From an uncultured Candidatus Saccharibacteria bacterium (GTDB taxonomy: Bacteria > Patescibacteriota > Dojkabacteria > SC72), in assembly GCA_964618765.1 (NCBI GenBank), contig CAZUDZ010000001.1:5826-69825 (forward strand): a stretch of DNA of 64,000 nucleotides, written 5' to 3'. This document shows positions 8,485 through 15,963 of the stretch, one piece after another; the first letter of the stretch is position 1; the number at the start of each line of letters is the position of its first letter. The translations under genes and the position numbers were made by a program. The notes under the pieces are model-generated. The model was not told where the DNA came from, searched no databases, and was given only the letters and a program-made list of their open reading frames with translations.

Positions 8485-9621
8485 ATGGTTTCCATTTTAA
8501 TAAACATAATTCTTTTCATCCTTGTAATAGGGTTTTTAACCTTTGTACATGAGTTAGGTCACTTCCTTGCTGCCAAGTCGATTGGGGCAAAGGTCTATGA
8601 ATTTTCATTAGGTTTTGGTCCTAAACTTCTTTCAAAGAAATATAAAGAGACTCTATACTGTATTAGAATCATTCCTTTGGGTGGATTTGTTAAGATATTG
8701 GGAGATGGTGATCCAAGTGAGTATGAAGGGAGTGTTAAGGATTTAGAGAATAGTAAATATAATTTAAACAATAAAAGTAAGATAGCTCAGATATTTGTTA
8801 TGTTGGCAGGTATCTTAATGAATATCTTGTTTGCAGTTGTCTTCTACTACGCAATCTTAGGACTTAATGGCTGGAAGAGTAATCCCATATATGTTGATTT
8901 AGAGAAAATAAATATAGTTGGTGCGAAGGTTGAGAAGGTAGTAGGTTATCAAGTTGTAGAGAAAGGGAATGCTTCTCAGGCAGGGTTGCCTACATACGGC
9001 ATAATTAAAGAGTTAGGGGGAGTAGAAGTCAATGACAAGGAGCAGCTAGTTGAGATGATCAAGGGTAGTGAGGAGGTTTCTCTTTTTGTTTGTGATGATT
9101 TGGAAGGTGAATGCAATGACTATACTGTAAAAGTAAATGGGGAGGGTCATATAGGGATATATATATCTCATGGTTTTGTTCTTAATTATGATGAAATGAA
9201 GGTTTTTGCTGGTCCTGTGTATTTGATAAATAATCTTAAAATTATAGGTAGAGTATTAGGTTCTTTAATAGGTTCAGCAAGAGAGACGGGTGATTACTCT
9301 GATCTTTCAAATACAGTGTCTGGCCCTATTGGCATATTTCTCTTAATAGATAGTTTGAAGGGCAGGGGTATAGTAGCGTTTCTTTCTTTAATAGCGGATC
9401 TTTCCATATCTCTAGCAATAATGAATCTTTTACCTATTCCTGCATTAGATGGGGGTAGGGTTATGATTGTAGTTTTGGAGGGGGTATTTAGAAAAAAGTT
9501 TAACGAGAAATTTAAAACGGTTGTTATTAACATCAGCATGGTATTGCTCATCCTGTTAGTGGTGTTGGTAATGGTTAAGGATGTTGTTAATATAGATAGT
9601 ATGAGGAGTATGTTTGAGTAG
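8485..9621 (+). CDS. rseP: RseP-like M50 intramembrane zinc protease
   Basis: HELGH, FSLGFGP, IPLGGFV, SGPIGI, NLLPIPALDGG. Confidence 0.93.
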   Translation: MVSILINIILFILVIGFLTFVHELGHFLAAKSIGAKVYEFSLGFGPKLLSKKYKETLYCIRIIPLGGFVKILGDGDPSEYEGSVKDLENSKYNLNNKSKIAQIFVMLAGILMNILFAVVFYYAILGLNGWKSNPIYVDLEKINIVGAKVEKVVGYQVVEKGNASQAGLPTYGIIKELGGVEVNDKEQLVEMIKGSEEVSLFVCDDLEGECNDYTVKVNGEGHIGIYISHGFVLNYDEMKVFAGPVYLINNLKIIGRVLGSLIGSARETGDYSDLSNTVSGPIGIFLLIDSLKGRGIVAFLSLIADLSISLAIMNLLPIPALDGGRVMIVVLEGVFRKKFNEKFKTVVINISMVLLILLVVLVMVKDVVNIDSMRSMFE

Positions 9622-9682
9622 TGTAACTAAGTATAAAAGTGGGTGTAAAGTTTAGGTTGTTTGTTGTAATATAAGGATATAA

Positions 9683-11449
9683 ATGGAAATAAATCTGTCT
9701 AGTAAAAGAAGTAAATTAATAATCCTTATTATATTTTTTGTTATCTTTGCAGGTACAGGGGGATATCTGTTATGGAGAGTTAATCAACCTGAGAGTGTAG
9801 CTCCAGAGGACAGTGAGGCAGGAGGAGGTGCAGGTGCTTGTTGTATAGAGGGGATAGGGTGTGTAGCAGGATATCGATGTGATATGAAAGCCTCGTGTAC
9901 AGCCACTGAGAAAGCCTACGTTGGAGGCTATGGCCCCCCATGCGGAACCTCAAACGGGAAGACAGTTAATTGTAGAAGCTATTTCTACTGTCAAAATCCT
10001 GGTACTAATACCTGCGAACCTGAAGACTCAGCTAATTTGGGTACATGTCAGCCTCTAAGCCCTGGAACTCCTCCTTCGGAGGGTGATTGTAAGGACGTTA
10101 AGTGTGAATGGCCTAAGGTACTAATGAGTGGGAGATTGGATGCTAGTCAAGATGTGTGTAGATGTGAGTTATGTACTGGTAAAGTTGCAAATAATCCATA
10201 TTCTTGTGGTGGTAATCCTCCTACTTGTACTCCAGGCTCATGTCCCTCAGGAACAGTCTCTTGTGGAGACTCTACGAATCATGAAAGTGGTAGCGATTGT
10301 AAAAAGAAAAGCTCAATATCCTGTGTTACCTACCATCCAGATTGTAATAATTCGACATATGTATATAGATACTGTAAGCCCATGTCATCTACACCTCCAC
10401 CTACAAATGTCTGTGATGGTGGTAATTGGACAGGAAAACCCTCTGGAACATATCCATACTGTTCTAACATAGCATACAAATTTGTTGCCAAAGATTCTGA
10501 TGGTGTTAAAAAATCCTCCATAGTAGTTAAATTAAATGACACGGTTAGGACTAATTTAACTAAAAGTACAATAAAAGAGGCTGACAAGGAAGTTGAGGTA
10601 AAGGAAACACTCAGTACCTCTTCTGATTGTCTTAAACCAGGGGAGTATACAATTAAAGCTTCTTGGGCAGACACAAAAGACAAAACAGGTCCTGAATGTT
10701 CTCTTACTGCATCATTTACTGTCTTGGAAGAAGAGAAAAATCCAGATTGGGATATTAGTAAAAAAGTTACTGAGGTTTGTATAGATGAGAATACGGAAAA
10801 CCCTAAATCGAAGTTGCAGTATGTGGTAACAATTACAAATAGTGGGGAAGGAGCGGGTAAAATTACATCCATAGTAGACACATTAGACAGTAAAGTTCTT
10901 GAAGGATATATTGATAGCATAAGTGCTAATGGGAAGTTTCAAGGTGGGACAATAGTATGGCCTGTAGTGGCAGGTGATCAGGAATTTAATCCTGGACAGT
11001 CGAAAACATACACATACTCATACGTTGTACCTAGTACTGCTTTCGGGGTTTACAATAATACAGTAAAAGCAACCCCTGCTGTTGGGAATACTTTGATAGC
11101 TAATGCCACTATCTCTGCTGATTGTGAGGTTTTAGAACCAGAGGAAGAACCTGTACCCGATGAGGAGATACCAGTAGCTGAGGAGAGAGATCTTCCAGAA
11201 AGTGGTATCTTTGATGATTCTCAAGCCTCCATATTACTAGGGGTTGGTTTACTTCTTCTAGGTTTTACATGGAGGATTCTTGGTAGGGGTATGTATGTAT
11301 CTATTGAATTGTTAGGTAGTGTACCCAAGAAGGTATCTATACATATGAAGGATATAAAGGAGGATATAAGGGGAAGACAAAGGATTAGACTTTTACAAAA
11401 AAGAGAACAAAATAGAAAGAAATTTGAAAAGAGAGTAGTAAAGGAGTAG
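9683..11449 (+). CDS. Cys-rich surface protein with Ig-like/DUF11-like domains, LPESG sorting-like motif, TM and basic tail
   Basis: N-terminal TM, Cys-rich region, DISKKV..YVVTITNSG DUF11-like repeat, LPESG + hydrophobic helix + RQRIRLLQKREQNRKKFEK tail. Confidence 0.75.
   Translation: MEINLSSKRSKLIILIIFFVIFAGTGGYLLWRVNQPESVAPEDSEAGGGAGACCIEGIGCVAGYRCDMKASCTATEKAYVGGYGPPCGTSNGKTVNCRSYFYCQNPGTNTCEPEDSANLGTCQPLSPGTPPSEGDCKDVKCEWPKVLMSGRLDASQDVCRCELCTGKVANNPYSCGGNPPTCTPGSCPSGTVSCGDSTNHESGSDCKKKSSISCVTYHPDCNNSTYVYRYCKPMSSTPPPTNVCDGGNWTGKPSGTYPYCSNIAYKFVAKDSDGVKKSSIVVKLNDTVRTNLTKSTIKEADKEVEVKETLSTSSDCLKPGEYTIKASWADTKDKTGPECSLTASFTVLEEEKNPDWDISKKVTEVCIDENTENPKSKLQYVVTITNSGEGAGKITSIVDTLDSKVLEGYIDSISANGKFQGGTIVWPVVAGDQEFNPGQSKTYTYSYVVPSTAFGVYNNTVKATPAVGNTLIANATISADCEVLEPEEEPVPDEEIPVAEERDLPESGIFDDSQASILLGVGLLLLGFTWRILGRGMYVSIELLGSVPKKVSIHMKDIKEDIRGRQRIRLLQKREQNRKKFEKRVVKE
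11374..11432 (+). repeat. 59-bp near-identical direct repeat, copy 1 (copy 2 at 12868..12926)
   Basis: AAGACAAAGGATTAGACTTTTACAAAAAAGAGAACAAAA(T/C)AGAAAGAAATTTGAAAAGA, 58/59 identical. Confidence 0.9.
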
Positions 11450-11512
11450 AAGTTTATTGATATTTTAATAGTTTGTTGGTAAATTGTTTAATATATCTGA
11501 ATTTATGTAAGT

Positions 11513-12943
11513 ATGAATATAAATCTGTCCACTAAGAAGAGTAAATTAATAATACTTGTTTCATTATTTGTAGTTTTTGTTATATCTGGAGGCTATCTTT
11601 TATGGAGAATAAATCAACCTGAGACGGTAGCTCCGGATTATACGGAAGCATCTTTTGACAAGGATTGTACGATATACGGCAGTTGTTATATCGTGATGGG
11701 AGATTGTGTAGGTACTTGTTCAGATAAAGAGACTTGGAGATATTGTGATTCTTGTGGGGGAGGAACGGATCCAAGTAGTTGCAATAATAGAGTTGCCAGC
11801 GATGTCGGGAAACCGGTTGGGACCAGATGTATTGGAAAGGGTTCGTACACATATGAATGTGGGGCTTGGTGCTACTTGTCTTCCAATGGACCAAGCTGTT
11901 GTAGCTCTCCAACACCCACATACACCCTCAAATATACTGCTAGTACTGGTGGTGAAATATCTGGAAGTGCTTCTCAATCTGTTAAGAAAGGTAATTCAGG
12001 CACTCCGGTAACAGCTGTGGCTAAGGCAGGATATACTTTTTCTAAATGGAGTGATGGTAAAACAGATGCCAGTAGAACAGATACAAATATACAAGGCAAC
12101 ATTACTGTTAATGCAGAATTTACTGCTAAACAGTACACAGTCACATACAAAGCAGATAGTAATGGGAGTCTAACAGGGAAAAAGAACCAAACAGTTAACC
12201 ATGGAGCTTCTACTACCTCTGTAACTGCTGTTCCTAACCCAACATACTTTTTTGCTGGCTGGAGTGATGGTGAATCTGTTAACCCTAGGCAAGACACTGA
12301 TGTTAAAAAGGACATTACAGTTACTGCAACCTTCTCTCTGTCTTGTGGTAATGGTACCTGTGAAGTAGATGAGAATGCACAGACTTGTCCATCTGATTGT
12401 AAAGCAAAATGTGGTGATGGTTACTGTACTCATGATGAAACCGTTTTAACTTGTCCAAAGGATTGTAAAGCAAAATGTGGTGATGGTTACTGTACCCACG
12501 ACGAAACCTCCGTAACCTGTCCAGAGGACTGCTCCGCCGAGTGTGGAGATGGTTACTGTGATCCTAAAACAGAGACAGCTGCCAACTGCCCAGCAGACTG
12601 TGCTTCTAACTGTGGTGATGGTGCTTGTACACACGACGAAACATCTGCAACCTGTCCAGAGGACTGTGGTCCTGGAGTAGCAGTAGTACCTGAAACAGGC
12701 ATATTTGATGATGTACAAGATTCTGTCCTAGTAGGATTCGTATTACTCTTCCTCGGCTTTACATGGAGGATTCTAGGTAGGGGAATCTATATCTCCGTAT
12801 CCTTCCTAGGAACATTGCCTAGAAAGCTAACCATACAGTTTAAAGATGTAAAAGAAGATGTAAGAGCAAGACAAAGGATTAGACTTTTACAAAAAAGAGA
12901 ACAAAACAGAAAGAAATTTGAAAAGAAGGTAGTAAAAGATTAA
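11513..12943 (+). CDS. Paralogous Cys-rich surface protein with two InlB-B-like repeats, five CGDGxC repeats, VPETG motif, TM and basic tail
   Basis: YTLKY..GG.ISG...GYTFSKWSDG-type repeat x2; CGDGYCTHDETxxTCPxDC repeats; same N- and C-terminal blocks as upstream gene. Confidence 0.75.
   Translation: MNINLSTKKSKLIILVSLFVVFVISGGYLLWRINQPETVAPDYTEASFDKDCTIYGSCYIVMGDCVGTCSDKETWRYCDSCGGGTDPSSCNNRVASDVGKPVGTRCIGKGSYTYECGAWCYLSSNGPSCCSSPTPTYTLKYTASTGGEISGSASQSVKKGNSGTPVTAVAKAGYTFSKWSDGKTDASRTDTNIQGNITVNAEFTAKQYTVTYKADSNGSLTGKKNQTVNHGASTTSVTAVPNPTYFFAGWSDGESVNPRQDTDVKKDITVTATFSLSCGNGTCEVDENAQTCPSDCKAKCGDGYCTHDETVLTCPKDCKAKCGDGYCTHDETSVTCPEDCSAECGDGYCDPKTETAANCPADCASNCGDGACTHDETSATCPEDCGPGVAVVPETGIFDDVQDSVLVGFVLLFLGFTWRILGRGIYISVSFLGTLPRKLTIQFKDVKEDVRARQRIRLLQKREQNRKKFEKKVVKD
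12344..12667 (+). repeat. Intragenic ~66-bp tandem repeat x5 encoding CG(D/N)GxC..E....CP.DC
   Basis: GATTGTAAAGCAAAATGTGGTGATGGTTACTGTAC at 12395 and 12461; 22-23 aa period. Confidence 0.9.
12868..12926 (+). repeat. 59-bp near-identical direct repeat, copy 2
   Basis: Matches 11374..11432 with one mismatch. Confidence 0.9.
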
Positions 12944-12990
12944 TAGTATGTGATATAATCAGCTCGCTATACTTAATTAAAACATACAAC

Positions 12991-13191
12991 ATGGCTGTAA
13001 TAGTACATTCTAACGAAAACATAGACAGTGCACTCAAAAGACTTCACAGGGAAGTCCTAAGGGAGAAGATACTGGAAACATACAGATCTAAACAGTACAG
13101 AGTTACCAAATCTGAAGAAGAAATTCAGAAAAGAAGAGAGTGGGCTAAGATGAAAAGAAGAAGAAGAAGTGCAGCTCGAAGAGCTAAGTAA
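12991..13191 (+). CDS. rpsU: 30S ribosomal protein S21
   Basis: V..NENIDSALKR..R, basic C-terminus, 66 aa, upstream of yqeY. Confidence 0.9.
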   Translation: MAVIVHSNENIDSALKRLHREVLREKILETYRSKQYRVTKSEEEIQKRREWAKMKRRRRSAARRAK

Positions 13192-13209
13192 ATTTTCACA
13201 AAGTAATCA

Positions 13210-13653
13210 ATGTCTTTACTAGATACCCTAAGAAAAGATATGTTTGAGGCATCTAAAGAAGGTCTGAGGGAGAAGTCGGACATACTTAAGATGGCTTTAG
13301 CTTCTGTAAAGAATGCACAGATAGAGGTGGAGGAACAGTTAACTAATCAAGAGGTTGAGAAAATTCTTAACAAGGAAGTTAAGAAGATAAAAGATTCCAT
13401 AGAACAGTTTGAGAAAATGGGCAGGAATGACCTTGTTGCAAGAGAAGAAATACAGCTGGGGGTATTACAATCATATCTACCAAAACCTTTAAGTGAAGAT
13501 GAAGTAAAGAAAGTTGTAGAGGAGAAAATAGCTCAGACAAAGGCAGAGGGTATGAGTGATATGGGGAAGGTAATGGGAGCTGTAATGAAAGAATTAGAGG
13601 GCAAAACAGATGGAAATACAGTAAAGAATATAGTCCATCAGTTACTCAGCTAG
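13210..13653 (+). CDS. yqeY: GatB/YqeY domain protein
   Basis: F...GR.DL...E...L..YLP..LS, DMGKVMG..M. Confidence 0.92.
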   Translation: MSLLDTLRKDMFEASKEGLREKSDILKMALASVKNAQIEVEEQLTNQEVEKILNKEVKKIKDSIEQFEKMGRNDLVAREEIQLGVLQSYLPKPLSEDEVKKVVEEKIAQTKAEGMSDMGKVMGAVMKELEGKTDGNTVKNIVHQLLS

Positions 13654-13654
13654 T

Positions 13655-14125
13655 ATGGAATTAAATATCTACAATTGGCAAACATTAAAAAGACATTTTC
13701 CTCAGATTACTTTTTTAAAAAAAGATTTGCATAAAACCCTTTTTAAGCAAATATCTCAATACGATCTAAAGACACTCAAGAGCATTGGGAGAATAGATGT
13801 AATCAATATTGTTTTTGTTCCTCTCAAGGAGATTAAGCAATTAAACAAAGATTTTAGAAAAAAAGATGAGGTAACAGATGTTCTCTCCTTCATACTAGAA
13901 GAAAATCCTCTGATTGGTGAGATATATATTTGTCCTGAGTGTATAGCTAGGGAATATGACCATACAGAGATCCTCAGAGACATTGTACACGGCTTCTTAC
14001 ATCTTTTAGGGTATGAACACAGTAAGCATTTTACTGGAGCTGTAAAATCAAGAGAGAAGATGTTTGTAAAACAAGAGGATATGTTGCAAAATATATTACA
14101 TGAAATTAATAACAGGGCTAGGTAA
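13655..14125 (+). CDS. ybeY: rRNA maturation endoribonuclease YbeY
   Basis: LN..FR.KD..TDVLSF, GEIYIC, HGFLHLLGYEH. Confidence 0.93.
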   Translation: MELNIYNWQTLKRHFPQITFLKKDLHKTLFKQISQYDLKTLKSIGRIDVINIVFVPLKEIKQLNKDFRKKDEVTDVLSFILEENPLIGEIYICPECIAREYDHTEILRDIVHGFLHLLGYEHSKHFTGAVKSREKMFVKQEDMLQNILHEINNRAR

Positions 14126-14663
14126 TCCAGGAGAAAAATATTCAGAAACCAGGCATAATGTAGGTTTCCTTTTCTTAGATACTTTAAGAGAGAAATTCCT
14201 GTATCAAAGAGATATCTCTGCAACAGATTGGAAAAAGGAGAAAACCTTCTCTTCTGAAATATGTTTTTTAAAAGAAGGAAGTAAGGTTTTAGCGATGTTA
14301 CAAAAGCCCATGACATATATGAACAGGTCAGGAGAAGCTGTAAGTAAGGTGGTTAGGAAATATGAGATAGAGGATCTAGGTAACGATTTTATTCTCGTAC
14401 ATGATGATTTAGATATCCCTCTAGGGAAATTTAAAATTCAGAAAGGTAAATCTCCCTTTGGCCACAACGGTGTTAGAAGTGTAGAGGAGAGATTGAAGGG
14501 AGATGAATTTAAAAGAGTGAGAATTGGTATAGAGGGTAGGGACAATATGAATATTCCTGGGGAGGATTATGTTTTAATGAGATTTACTAGCTCCGAAAAG
14601 GAGATAGTAGATGAAGTTGTGCAAGATGCAGTAAGGGGTATATTGGCAGATATCCTAATCTAA
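14100..14663 (+). CDS. pth: Peptidyl-tRNA hydrolase
   Basis: GLGNPG..Y..TRHNVGF, KP.TYMN.SG, HDDLD, GHNG. Confidence 0.96.
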   Translation: MKLITGLGNPGEKYSETRHNVGFLFLDTLREKFLYQRDISATDWKKEKTFSSEICFLKEGSKVLAMLQKPMTYMNRSGEAVSKVVRKYEIEDLGNDFILVHDDLDIPLGKFKIQKGKSPFGHNGVRSVEERLKGDEFKRVRIGIEGRDNMNIPGEDYVLMRFTSSEKEIVDEVVQDAVRGILADILI

Positions 14664-15896
14664 CTATTTCTGCATATATATTTTCTCTGTCTTGTTCCCA
14701 TAATACTCTCTTAAATACCTGTAGGAGTGCATAGATATGCTCTCATCTGTATCTAATACAGACGCTAAATAATTACCCTCCAAGGTAACCCCAAGATTAA
14801 GAATCTTCTCCTCTTTTACAAAAAATATCTTCCCAGGCGCTAGGTTTACATTTGCATCTAAATTTAATTCGATCAGTTGCTCCTCCTCTTGTAAATATTC
14901 AAAGAGGAGTGTGGGGTAATCATAATCAGTGTAAAAGTATGACTTAAATCCATACTTCTTGTTATGATAATCCCTTAGTACAGGGTCAATGGGTAAATGA
15001 ATATCATAGTAAGATTGTGCAATTAATCTGTAGGAGTCAAATCCTCCATAGAAATCTTTGACTTTAGCAAAAACATCCTTACTGTGATTGTTTGTCCACT
15101 TTCCACTATTAACAATATTTAAAGTTGCATCTAATACATTTCCGTGATCAGCTTTCTCAATATTACTCTTTCCAGTATTACCAATATCCATATCCAGCTT
15201 GTCAGAGATACCGTCATAATCAATATCATAGTTAACCTTGCCATCAGAGCCATACATCCTTGTACTATTATACGTATTCAAGGAGAGATACATGGAAAGT
15301 GGTAAATATATTACGGAAAGTGTAATTAAAGTCTTTAGTAGTATAGAGACACATCTGTTTCTCTTAAAATACTTCTTGTATACAGCAAGAAGGAATATAA
15401 ACACGAGAAGGAACTCTAATGCAAGAGCTGTTGTGAACAGAAATCCTACAAAGAGGTTTGATTCTAAAATATTTCGAAGAAGAAAAATCCGAACATTTGA
15501 GATTGGGTAGAGTAGCATAATACTTTCCACTAAAAAGTCAGCGATTAAATGGAAAAGGGTTGAAATGAGAAAGGTGTTTGCTAGTATGTTTAAGAGTCTT
15601 TTGTCTAAGACTTCTCCTGTTTTTCTGTTAAATAGTTTCTCTGTAAAAGAAATAGAGATTTTAAGAAATATCCAGATTACAATGTAGAAGATGGGAGTGT
15701 GAGTTATGATATCGTGATGTATAAAGCGAGGAACATTAAGCATTGAAAGAACTAATATATCGAAATCAGGTAAGATTCCAAAGAAAAGACTTAATAGGGC
15801 TACTAATATTTGTTCACTCATTTTAAGCTGTCTGATTTTCTTGTTCTGTATCGCCTCATTCGCTAGATACGATATTGGTCCGTGTGCTATATACAT
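14664..15896 (-). CDS. YdjM-like membrane metal-dependent hydrolase fused to a soluble C-terminal domain
   Basis: N-terminal H, LPDFD, HH.ITH, H...D motifs with several TMs; then DIDYDGISD acidic loop and ~200-aa domain. Confidence 0.65.
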   Translation of the reverse strand: MYIAHGPISYLANEAIQNKKIRQLKMSEQILVALLSLFFGILPDFDILVLSMLNVPRFIHHDIITHTPIFYIVIWIFLKISISFTEKLFNRKTGEVLDKRLLNILANTFLISTLFHLIADFLVESIMLLYPISNVRIFLLRNILESNLFVGFLFTTALALEFLLVFIFLLAVYKKYFKRNRCVSILLKTLITLSVIYLPLSMYLSLNTYNSTRMYGSDGKVNYDIDYDGISDKLDMDIGNTGKSNIEKADHGNVLDATLNIVNSGKWTNNHSKDVFAKVKDFYGGFDSYRLIAQSYYDIHLPIDPVLRDYHNKKYGFKSYFYTDYDYPTLLFEYLQEEEQLIELNLDANVNLAPGKIFFVKEEKILNLGVTLEGNYLASVLDTDESISMHSYRYLREYYGNKTEKIYMQK

Positions 15897-15963
15897 ATGT
15901 GTTTAGCTTTCAAATTAACCTTCAACATTATACATATTTTGTTAGTATTGATAAAATAGCCAT

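Noticed and set aside
12344-12667. ~66-bp periodic repeats resembling a CRISPR array
   Set aside because: They are in-frame coding repeats with synonymous variation and homologous 'spacers'; no cas genes
9683-12943. Near-identical 3' segments as a DGR template/variable repeat pair
   Set aside because: The single mismatch is T/C rather than adenine-specific, and no reverse transcriptase is in the window
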